Shown here one piece after another: positions 50,914 through 61,974 of a stretch of 64,000 nucleotides of DNA. The translations under genes were made by a program, and so were the position numbers. Source of the stretch: Ramazzottius varieornatus (lineage: Eukaryota; Animalia; Tardigrada); contig BDGG01000003.1 in NCBI GenBank assembly GCA_001949185.1, positions 2,483,663 to 2,547,662 on the forward strand, in the 5' to 3' direction. Every line of letters starts with the position of its first letter. The first letter of the stretch is position 1. The notes beneath the pieces were generated by a model. The model was not told the origin of the DNA and did no database searches. It was given only the letters and a program-made list of their open reading frames with translations.

Positions 50914-52343
50914 ATGTCCACGGGTGAGGTGGTCAAGCAATGGGTACAAAATCTTTTCGACAGGAAGGAGACTCCAACCTTTAAAGTTCTCCTCATCGGG
51001 GACTGTAAGTGCGGGGATTTTGTCACTGTCGTTCCCGTTTCCACTCGTACACTGTATTGAACGCATTTTTCCTCTTGGTAGGTGTCGGAAAATCCAGCCT
51101 GGTGTTACGTTTTTGCGCGGATGAATTCTTCGATGAGTCGTCCATGCGTAAGCGAAACTTGAATATTTCAAGACGCTTCTCGGAATTATCGAAATACCAT
51201 TGTCTTCTGGCGTCAGAGGACGACCGTACGAGAAGCTTGTTTTCTCGTTCTTGTTCCTTTGTCGGATGACGCCATACGCCGCTTGATAATTATATCGATA
51301 ATCAAGTTGCAGCTAGACTATTTCTCTTTTGTATCGTGACTACCGTCTGGGTATCCTCACATCCGGATATTTTTGTTTTTCTAGAATTCATACCAATGAC
51401 AATTGGACTGGACGTTAAAGCCAAGACAATTGGTAAGAACTGGAAAGCGAATTTTGACAGCTCTCGACCCTTTTCGTGTGCGCTGTTGGGTGGTCGTGAC
51501 TTGTGATGTCTTGTTGCTGTCAAAGCTCGACTTGCCAGTCTTTGTTATTTGCTCTTCTCATGGCCATATTGGTAGGTAATCTAACAAACAAATGTTTGTG
51601 TTGTAGAAATCGAAACTGCTGAAGGTGTGGAACAAGGTAAATTCCTGGCGGACTAATCATGTCTCTCGTCGGCACTTCGCATCAGCTGGATGCTGTGAGT
51701 CGTCAACTAACTTAGTCGAACCACCGGTTTTTGTAGTACATCTCCACCTCTGGGATACCGCTGGACAGGATCGGTTTCGGCGGATGAACGAGCAGTATTT
51801 ACCCACAGCAGACGCTGTGGTACTTTTGTATGATGTACGGAATCCTCAAACGTTGAAGGACAGCAAGTCCTTTATGGACGACGTCCGGAAATTTTCTGAT
51901 GAGCAGGGTATTATAAAAATTCTCGGTAGGTCAAGTTTGCTCTCTAATGGGTTGGTGTCACATCGTGACTGTTTACCTTCGCAGTTGGGAATAAAAACGA
52001 TTTGGACCAGTCGCGGAAACTAGTCTCGTCCGAGACTGGAGCAGAGTTCGCTACAGGTTTGTCCTATTAATGTTTGCATTGCCGAAGTTTTTTACCCACT
52101 CCGGCTCTTACTTTGTTTGTAGCAAATGGTTATGAGTTTGTTGAGACTAGTGCGAAAGACAACCTGAATGTCGACAAGGTAAGCCTGAATATCTGTACGT
52201 TTGTTGTCTGCTTCTCGTCTTTGATCCATATGCGGATATGCCGGAGATAAGTTAAAATTCATCGCGGTCTGTTTTTGTAGGTGTTTGGGATGGTCGGCGA
52301 ACTTTGTTTGAAGAGATTACGGCGAAATACCGCCATACAGTAG
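50914..52343 (+). CDS. Atypical Rab-family small GTPase, about 8 exons
   Basis: Spliced product: FKVLLIGD(C)VGKSS, MTIGLDVK, LWDTAGQDRFR, VGNKND, FVETSAKDNLNV; ends LKRLRRNTAIQ* with no terminal Cys motif. Confidence 0.82.
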
Positions 52344-52798
52344 AGCGCCTTGTTTTGTAGTCGGTGATAGTTTGACTTCCCGAAGTTCCCCTTGAAAGTG
52401 ATACTTTTGTACCACCTTTTGCTTTTCCCGTCCCGGACTTGAAACTTGAGAGTTCACTCTGTGATGTGTGCACACTGTGGTGTAAAATACTATACAATAA
52501 TTATTTCCATTCGCTTGTGCCGGTATTCCCCGGTAATACTTCGCTAAGATTTTTGGCTCTTGACACACTATAGAAATTTAAATCGGGAGAATGCGTAAGA
52601 ATCGGTGATGAGAATGTTCAGTTCAGCTTCGACTTGCCTTGGCCCAGAGTCTCTGAACATTGACAGGTTATTGTTGACGACATTACATATGACAAGTATA
52701 ACATGTATCATGATATGACAGCCTAGCGAAAAGATTGATTGATTGATTGATTTGGTTTACTGATACCAAAAAATACCATCAGATGGTCAATCAGACAA

Positions 52799-53183
52799 TT
52801 GAGTCCTGCAGCAGTAGCTGAAACCAGTGCTGCTTCTGCACTGCATCCGGTCTCCAGAAACTGCAACTGCACCGCACTGCATTTAGAAATTAAGAGTTTC
52901 TGCCCACCAACGGAAATGCATGTCAAAAACAACGTAAACGTCGTTGTTTTACGGAGATCCAACCGAAAAACGGTAGAATCCGGCCAGAAAAGGCAGAAAA
53001 AGCCGATTTTACTACTGTTTTTTGGCCAACAACCGCATACTGCGACGAACGGTGCTCACCTTTTTCAAAACTGCAACTGCATTTTCTCACCATTTCGGCG
53101 ACTGCAACTGCACGCATTGCAGTAAAATGCAGTGCAGTAAAATGCAGTGCAGTACAGAACGTACTGCATGTTGCAGGGCTCTA
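52799..53183. mobile_element. hAT-type MITE with ACTGCA subterminal repeats
   Basis: TTGAGTCCTGCA...TGCAGGGCTCTA (10/12 inverted). TSD TCAGACAA (52791-52798) and CCAGACAA (53184-53191) match 7/8. Many CTGCAACTGCA/TGCAGTGCAGT units. Confidence 0.8.
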
Positions 53184-53249
53184 CCAGACAAGTGCGGCGA
53201 GAATTTTGTGGGTCGTCCGATGGACACTCTTGGTCTTATCTAGGACGCG

Positions 53250-55273
53250 ATGAGGAGGAATGTCTCTTCGGTCTGTTTTGCCGTCCTTCGAGAAGCACGA
53301 AGCCTGTTAAGCCGACGAGGCATCGAGGGCCAGGCAGCCCAGGCTTCGTACGGCCACCCGAATTACCATTCCAGATATCGAGTATTTTCCGAGAGTGCAG
53401 TTGCCTCCCGGAACAGGGTTTCTTTCCGAGAACCACATCGTACATCGGTAAAGACGAGCAGGTAAGATTTTTTATCTGTATTGTTTCAGATGTCTGTAGA
53501 GATGTGGAAGCATCTGTAGTTGTGATAGAGTCACAACACGTTGATGACGTCATGCGCGAACACTGGGAGATTGCATCGTCCGATCATACTATCCAACTAT
53601 ATGTACAAAACTTGGCTCTTGGCTATTTTTCGCAGGACGGTTGTGACCACATTTCACTCCCCAGTAGGCGTCAAAAGCATGGGAAACTTTGAGAAGGTGG
53701 GAGCTATCCTCGATGGAAAGCTGATCGCTGGGTAAGCGGGTATTCTGTTATTTGGGTTTCTGCCCTTTCTGCAGTACTGTTCGTCGAAAGTTTGCCTGTT
53801 TGGTGCGCCGTATTTCCGTTCTCTTTCCTCCACATAGCTTCTTATATACATGGGTAAAAGTGATATTTTTCTGCAGACAGTTATTGAAGACGATGGCAGA
53901 AGATACGGCGCGACTGAAAGAGACAACCGGCGTCGTACCGGGCCTGGCCATTGTCCAAGTACTTCGTTTAGTTCTTCGGCCTGTACAACAAATTCCAGTT
54001 CTCATAAATTAATCTGATTGTTCGTTTCAGGTGGGCGAACGATCTGATTCAAGTGTTTACATTCGAATGAAAACCAAAACGGCAGCTGAAGTTGGTATTG
54101 CGGCCCGACACGTCAAGCTGTCCTCTGACATTACCGAAGATGATGTAAGCTTTTTTCTCCCAGAATTTCCAGCTCAAACTCCAACACACTCAATTTGTGT
54201 GTGCAGCTTCTTGACAAGATCGAAGAACTGAACCGTGACTCAAACGTACATGGCATCATCGTCCAACTCCCGCTTGACTGTGGGAATCGTATCGACGTAT
54301 CGAAAGCCACCGATACTATTCTACTACCAAAGATGTCGACGGGTGAAATCCCTCATTTCTTGCTTTCCTTCGTTTCCAATCTGTGTGTCAATTTGAATCT
54401 TCGTCCGTAGGTTGCACACTATGAATTCAGGCTATTTGGCTCGTGGGGAACTTAAAAAGGGAACCGTACCCTGCACTCCTCGAGGATGCTTACACCTCAT
54501 ACGACAATCAGGTATCATCCAATTAGTTAATCCTTAGAATTATTAGTACAGACTACTTTCTGGACAATCTTTGAGTTCTACTGGGTGCTCAACCTGCCTT
54601 TTCGTAGGGAGAAAGGTTGAGGGTTCGAGGGCGGTCGTGCTTGGAAGGAGCAAGATCGTCGGAGGAGCCATGGCCGAGCTCCTCTTGTGGCACAACGCTA
54701 CGGTAACTGTCTGCCATTCTAAGACCGTAATCGTACAGGACATCGTCAGAGAAGCCGACATCCTTGTCGTCGGAATTGGAAGTCCGAACCACGTTGAAGC
54801 GGACTGGATCAAACCGAGGGCAGTCGTCATTGACTGTGGGATCAACGTTATCCTTGGTAAGCTCTAGCGCTAGCTCGAAATTAGAAGCTCGGTGGCCGAA
54901 ATTGACTTTTGTAATCTCGGATGATCCTGGTTTCCTAGATTCGAGCCGAAGGAGCGGTCAGAGGATTGTCGGGGATGTGGACTTCGAGGGTGCCAAGAAA
55001 GTGGCGTCTTACATCACACCTGTTCCAGGTGGAGTCGGTGAGTGCGTTGCTTCAGTTCCTTTAGTAGGCTTCGATGCTCGATATATCGATGGGAGCAACC
55101 TCTACAGTATTAGTTGATCACATGCGATAAGATTGAGCTCGAAGAAATTTCCGTTTGATCATTTTTTGACGCAGCACCTGATTGCTTTTTTTCGCTCTGC
55201 AGGTCCGATGACGGTGGCTATGCTTCTCAAGAATACCTTGGAAGGCGCCATGTCAACGGCCAAGCCTTTGTGA
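53250..55273 (+). CDS. MTHFD1-type methylenetetrahydrofolate dehydrogenase/cyclohydrolase, stand-alone (no synthetase domain), with a putative mitochondrial presequence; 1-bp frameshift as assembled
   Basis: [36 protein letters not shown] (out of frame by 1 nt at about 54325), [56 protein letters not shown], then TGA TAA at 55271. An Arg/Ser-rich exon at 53250-53461 splices in frame to 53636; a second in-frame ATG lies at 53679. Confidence 0.85.
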
Positions 55274-55728
55274 TAAGGACCGAGAAGCTTCCCCGCAGGC
55301 GATCGCTCGATCCGCTTTGATGTCTTAATTGTTACTACGAATGATCGGATCATCCACGAACTTGGGTGGAATGTTTTCTCAAGTGTCACGGTAGCTTGTT
55401 GAACGGATTCCTCAATGGTCAGCTGCTTGCATCTTTTTTAGCTCTTGAAACAATTATTTGAGTAGTTTCCGTTTCCGGCGGTATTCGCCGAAGGGTTGAA
55501 CAAACAGTTCGTTGTCTCTGTTTGGTGATGCTAACGAGTAGTTGGCTCATAGTTGGGTCTTGAGGCTACAGTAGTGTGATGTTCTTAAGATAACAATATC
55601 GCATATACAAGATGGTGAAAGCAGGTTGGTTCAATGGGTCTCCAGAAAAGAAACGTGGTAATGAGCTATCGAGTTGAATGCTTAGTCTGTTGACGATACT
55701 CAAAATGGGTAAGGGGACTAATGATGGT

Positions 55729-58700
55729 TCATGGCTTTGAGATCTTTTTGATGCCTGAGGAATAGGGCACGGGATGCGTAGCAGGAACACTTGCTTCTTC
55801 CGCCGCAACGAACAAAGCATTCTTTTTCACCGTGGATGAATGGTCCGCAGTCTCAGAACTGCGGTTTGCGATGGCGGCCCCAGTCTGCATATCTTTGGGG
55901 CCAAAAGTCGGATGAACCTTACCGCCACCGGAAGTAGGCGGAACGATTCTCCCGCAGGTGATCAACGAGACAAACGCTGACCGCATCTGTCGAAGGTAAT
56001 AACAATTATTGGGGATGCTCTGTTACAGTATAAAACTGCGTACTTTACCTGAGTGTTGAAAAGGACATAGATGATTGGGTTGTAGATCAACGAGCTCTTG
56101 CAAAAGATGGGTGCTACGCTGGCAGCCGTGGCGGAAACAAGGTGCTGTCCTCCCGCCATGATCATCATACACACTACCGCATAAGGTAGCCTGCAAGGGC
56201 AAGATCTTGAGAGGAATAAATTTTAGCTAGGTGAAAAAAACACGAACCATGCGACGAGGAAGGCGACGACCATTAGGACCACCATCCATGTCAGGCGGGA
56301 CTGGCCTTTCGCTACTTTGTGACCAGCTCCGTGTTGGATGCGCTGCAAACATGCAGCTACGTTACATCATATAAATCTCTGCTCGCATGCAGTGGATTGT
56401 GAACATAATAAACCAAGAGAGGTCACTTACATTCCTGAGAAAGTTCAGCAGCTTGCCGTAACACGTTAGAATGGTGAGAACCGGGAAGATGAATGCCAGA
56501 AATAGCAGGTAGATCTCGTATGAAAAGTCCAGCGGCGCTCGGGATTCCCAGTAGGGTGCGCAAGCCACGCCTGGGCTCTCCAGCTGAAAGCTAAAGAAGC
56601 AAATTATTTCATAAATAATAATAGTATTTTAGAACAACAAATTAGCGAAATAATTTCAACATATTTAACTTAAAAATGCAGATAAATGTAATGAACGTTC
56701 TACGTACCTGCTCCATCCAACCACAGGAGGAAAAGTCGCAATGAACGCATACGCCCACACTGCGGGAGGAAAAACTAATCTCACTAGTTGTCCAAAGAAA
56801 GTATGTTTGTAAACAACTTGTGCTCATGGCTACCAGACTCACTCTGTGGCTCCAGCTGGGACTTTCACTGGGCTGCCCATTCCATGACACGGAATGATGT
56901 GTAGCTCACTCACGTAGAAGATTCACACGCATCAGTGGCTTACTGCCTTCCGCGAAAGTCCCAGCTGTCAAAATGGCGGATCGGCTAAAGTGCTCTACAT
57001 TACGATGACGGAAGTACTTTGACGAACCGGCAATAATGGCGATGAGTGTGATCCGGTTAGTAACGGTAAATCTTCCTGGATAGGCAATCAGCATGTAGCG
57101 CTCGACTGAAATCACGGCTAACGTCGTTATGGATGCGACACCTGAAAGGACAGAAAGAACTACGCCCAACCGTTCTTCCACATTTGCACCTCTCGTCAAA
57201 ACTGCATAGTGTCGTAATCCTGTTCAAGTGTACGAGAGCTCTGCAAACCGACTCAACATGCTCCCAACTGGCGCACGTTCCCAGCCGATAACAGAGAAAA
57301 GTGCACCACTGGAGATAACGATCATAATCACCAAGATTTTTTACCGGCCTTGGGCTTGTTACGTACACATATTTATAAATCGGTACAATTCCTTCCTCGA
57401 AGAGCGAAAGTACAGAAATACTTGATACCACGGCAGGCTGGCCTATCTGACCTATAACTCTCTAGGAGATCCCGGCCACGAAGTGAGTATTTTAAAGTCC
57501 CGATCAGTTGGTTCGGGCAATCAAGAAGTGCGTCGCTTGACTTACAATCAACTCATGCGTATTCTGATTACCGGAACCAAATGATCGGGACTTTAAAGTA
57601 ATTTAATATAGAATTAAAGAACCGAATTAACCACGAGAAACCAAGTTTAACTACAGTGTTTACGGAAAGATAGAGATTTTTCCCGTTCTTTTAAACAGAG
57701 ACCAAACCTAAAATTTTCAAAATCCATTTAGTAAAACTGAGCGTTTTGTTAAGAACGTGCCACTTTCGGTAAACAATTTCTTGGTGACTCGGTGCATGGT
57801 CTGCCACGGCTTTTTCAAAGTGCACGGCCTGGTATACTGCCTTTGACTCCGGGCACTAACTTTGACCACTGCCTGCCGCACACCCACGAAACAGCCGTGC
57901 GAAAAAGCCAAATACGGAGGTGTTTGAGATTGGCACATCAGAGCAAATTAAGTTCGTTGCACCGCAATGGTGGCATCTGCCAGCCCTAGACGGACCAACG
58001 CAACGGAAGACCCATGGCACTAAGATCTAGCTTTTTGATAGTTTCCTGTGACACCATAAACCGAATAACGTCTGAACAGTAACTGAACTAATAAACGCCG
58101 TTCCGAAACCCTTCGACCTTTCAGCTACGAAGGTCGTCTCGAGGTCGTGCACGTACTATGTGGTAAAGAGGTCGTGTCAAAGGCCGTGCACCTGGAATAA
58201 GCAGTGGCGGGCCGTGCACGTGGCCTCGACCAACTGCAAACAGTTTTCTTGAACGGCCAGATTCTTTTAAAAATTGTGTTATGTGGTCATATCATACACC
58301 GATAAACGTTCTTGCAAAAGCTCTATCAGGTTTTTTCTCAAAACATTGGCTGACAAAATTATACGGGTCGAAATCCGGACACGGAACCAGAAATCAAATT
58401 CTACGTTTCACGAGCTGGAAGAGTTCAATCGCGGACCGACTTCGGCCGAACATAGAGCCCACCCTGTCGTATCTGCTGAGTGGCCCATCGAGAGCTTACA
58501 AGAAGTCCGTGAGGCAGGACAAAGTTAATTCTCGCCACCCCGCTAGAGTCGCGCATTTTGCAGGTCGTTTTTGCACCCGGAAATACGGAAATTCTTGCTT
58601 TTCAAATTCGATAAGTCGCAGTGAGATAATTTATTACCGCTATTATGAAGACTTAACCCTCTTCCTATGAGTAGTATGACTGACTTCAAAATCTGCTGAG

Positions 58701-60251
58701 CCAGGGCGCGGAGGAAATATTCAGTAAAGTAAGAAAAAACTTCCTCTTGCAGTTTTAAACTCAACGTTCTCTGCCTGTTGTCAATGCACGGCTAATTGTT
58801 CGTGTAGAAAAAAGAAGAGTATGGGTGAAAAACATATGGCATAGGGAAGAAGAGAAAAGGGCATCGGCCAAATGTACAGAAAAATTATGAAAACTATTGC
58901 CCGAAAAGTTGCTAGTCATACTTCCGCACCTGATACCACAGGAAGCGCCGAAGGTGCCTCCTGACAGAAAATTATCACTTCTAGCTATAACCAAACGTGA
59001 CGCTAATTCCAAGCACCGGCACCAGGCATAGCAACTCAATACCACCAGAAGACCGGTACCCCGAAATACACTAAGGTTTCAAAAGAGATGGTTTGTATGG
59101 GCGGTAGAGGCAGTGTTGGCGTAACGGACCGGACAAATGTGCCGGGTTTGCTCGCATCCGAACTTCGGCGGACAGGAGAACCCACCGCCAGACAGCTTCT
59201 GATCTCTTGAACGTCTGATAACAAGGGGCTGCCCCCTGTACCCCTACCACATCGCACTTCGGCGGCTTCGCCACATTCGCGCTCTAGAATTCGCCACATC
59301 TGGGCCCTTCAGAGCATCGAAGAACCGTCAGCGCTTCGGTACGTGTTGTTTGGGCGTGGCCAAAGCTTACAATACCATCGTTAAAATTTGCCTCATAACT
59401 TCGGTTGGTGGAGCAGCGGGCTAGTTTGATTTAGAACTGTTTCTTGACGTTCCGCCAACTTAATTTCATTCCCATTTTTCTGGAAACACACTTTATTAGA
59501 AATGATTAACTCGACCCATTTTGACCTACCGTCCGTCTCACCTGTCAATGCCATTGCAAATGCATAAGTTACACACAAGTTCCTGCCGTAAATCCAATCA
59601 TGGGCGAAAGCAGCCCCAGCTGTCATCGGCGCTCCTGTGGAGGAGATCAGGATATACGACACTTGATAAATTGCCGGAAGTTAGGATAAGTAATCTCAAG
59701 TTCGCCAGACTTGACACTTCTCACGTGATTAATGTCAGAAAAAGAAAGGCTTACCGAACGCCGAGATTATCAAGTCACCTAAGAAAAAATATAATAAAAA
59801 AGCGGAGAAAGAGCACGAGGGATGGAATGGGGGCAAATGATTCGATCCAGATCGTTATCCCATGGGCGGACACCTCCAGCCAGTAACAACGAAAACGCGC
59901 GCCATCCGAGATGACGATCTGGTGTATTTGATTTGCTAATGTCCCAGATGTTAGCTTACTGGCGCTAAGATTCAGCAGCATCCAGTTGACCGGCGTCCGC
60001 AAATGCTGGTTTTTGACGATGATGATGATGACACTAAGATGGGCGAATGTCCCGATGATACATATGAAGGTCAACAGTACACCCGCCACAGTGTACCCAT
60101 AAGATGTGAAGCGTCTTATAGGGGAACCGCGCCCTTCTTCGAACTGGGGACCACTGTCCAGCGTGTTGTTCACCGATGGTAACAGGGCCGTGGTTATCAA
60201 CGGCAGCAGCAACGATATCGATATAGACCCGTTTATCGAGCGCGAAGACAT
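55729..60251 (-). CDS. Ciliary-type opsin (c-opsin / pteropsin-like), about 8 exons
   Basis: LRTPVNWMLLNLS, ISVERY, PPVVGWS..QLESPGVAC (E181 equivalent), AWLPYA, and FCKSSLIYNPIIYVLFNTQ with the retinal-binding Lys (codon 56097-56099) and the c-opsin NxQ tripeptide. Confidence 0.92.
57262..57324 (+). repeat. Family A palindrome (opsin intron 2)
   Basis: ACTGGCGCAC..CAGCCGATAACA..GTGCACCACTGGAGATAACGATC. Confidence 0.75.
57496..57592. mobile_element. TTAA-flanked 97-bp palindromic MITE (Kolobok- or piggyBac-like) in an opsin intron
   Basis: TTAA|AGTCCCGATCAGTTGGTTCGGGCAATCA...TGATTACCGGAACCAAATGATCGGGACT|TTAA. Confidence 0.72.
57792..58219. mobile_element. Old TIR element with GTGCACGGCC repeats in an opsin intron
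   Basis: 57792-57830 and 58181-58219 are ~39-bp inverted repeats with about 80% identity. Confidence 0.55.
59845..59923 (+). repeat. Family A palindrome (opsin intron 1)
   Basis: CCAGATCGTTATC..CAGCCAGTAACAAC..GCGCGCCAT..GATGACGATCTGG. Confidence 0.72.
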
Positions 60252-61219
60252 GGTGAAGAATACGATGTGGAGAGGGAGATGACTAGCTGCGTCGTTAAAG
60301 GTTCCCTGGAAGCTCCGAAGCATGAACTGAAGTCCCATCAACCGCAAATAAGTGGTAGCCCTTTCAGAACGCTGATTCAAAATACAGGAAGCACCGCCTG
60401 CAGGCTGCAGCAGTGGAAGCGTACCGGGACGAGACCACCGGGCCAAATCATGGAATGGCTTGCTCGCTTATCAAGCCTACGGAAAGCAAAACTTGGCAGG
60501 CCGGTACGAATCACTCTCCCGGTCTGCAGTCTCGTCCTCGTATGGGGTAAATGGATTCGTCTATTGGGAGGCTGACAACGGTCAACAGTGATAGATTATC
60601 CATTAAAACGCTTCAATGTCGGGTAGTTCCGGTGCTGATGACCTTGCGATAGAAACCTTCTTCGCACTTCGGAACCTCACAGGTTCCTGGTCGAGTGGTC
60701 CACCCATTGTCTCTATGGGTTTCTCCAGTAAACTTTGCCTATCCATATCGTACCACCAATTACCTGCACATATAGCACGCGGATAACGTTGTTATATCTT
60801 CACATCAATGCGCGTTATGAGATATCTAACCGTTTCCTGGTTCGGTGCTTGAGCTAGGGGACGAGTGTTACCGCAGCAGGCAGCGGTAACTTCAGGCTCA
60901 ACCGAAAGCCTAACTCAATACAATGAGACTTTTGTTCACACGTTGGTCTATTTTCATCCATGGGTGTATATTTCCGGCCACGTGATCACTTGATCTCGTT
61001 CCTTGTGGGAAACGAGATACATTTGTTCAGGATGTGTTTTGAGTAGGTCTGTTGTTGTTGTTTATTGGTTTTGAGTCTCGATCTATCCAGACGAAAATTT
61101 CCGCTGACGGATTTATTTTCCTGGGAGACAGGGGGCACAAAATAACATTCCTTGTGTGTTCTTAAGCCTTAAATTATCAACAAGTTAAGCCTTAAATAGA
61201 TGGAACGTGGGCGAACGCG

Positions 61220-61304
61220 TTGAACCAGATCGTTATCTCAGCTGGCAGTTTGGCGCACATTTGTATGGTTCTGGTGGGCGCCACTTTACAAAACAATTCG
61301 GTTC
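61220..61304. repeat. Family A palindrome (intergenic)
   Basis: TGAACCAGATCGTTATCTC..TGGCGCAC..GGGCGCCACTT..GGTTCA. Confidence 0.7.
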
Positions 61305-61748
61305 AGTTCACTCCCCACTTCCCAAGTAATTATACTGGATCGGAGCCCATCTACTGTCTGCTGTGGGGAGAAGCCGGTGAAGCAGGAAAGCCTCGGCAGA
61401 CAAGAGATTTCCTGCTGCCTCAATGGCCGGATGTTGCGTCGGTATCATTATTGATATTAATTACATAGGAGTACACGAGGTAGACGAACGTGAGGATTCA
61501 AATTCTAATCCAACTGTGCGTCACCGACAAGACGACAACACGACATCTGGACCGATAATAATGGATGGTTCCAGATCCCATTTAGTCATCGATCGAGCCT
61601 GCGTGACAAGCAATTGCTTCCAATTCAAAGATTTTCCACAGCGGGCTAACGTTGCTCTAATTGAATATGAAGTATCGAATAATGTATCACTTTGAATTCG
61701 GGTAGATATAGTAACAAGAGCCATACACGGGTGTAGACAGGTGAATTC

Positions 61749-61829
61749 GGCCAGATCGTTGTTTCAAATACGCACATTTCCATTTCTGTTGGCTGAATGG
61801 GTGCGCCACTTGGAACACGAATCTGGTTC
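61749..61829 (-). repeat. Family A palindrome (intergenic)
   Basis: CCAGATCGTT..TGTTGGCTGAA..GTGCGCCACTTGG..ATCTGGTTCA. Confidence 0.72.
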
Positions 61830-61974
61830 AGTTCAACTGCCCACGTTCCACACAATGTCATGCTCTGTTTGTCGGGCAATTCGCTGCATTCGGTTATTCT
61901 CATACTGAAGAGAAATTCACACCAAAGTTTCCTTTCAGTACGTGTTTGCACGTCTCCACCCTTCAGGTTCCGGG

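Noticed and set aside
53679-55273. Horizontally acquired bacterial folD as the explanation for the stand-alone D/C enzyme
   Set aside because: It has multiple spliceosomal introns and animal MTHFD1-type motifs.
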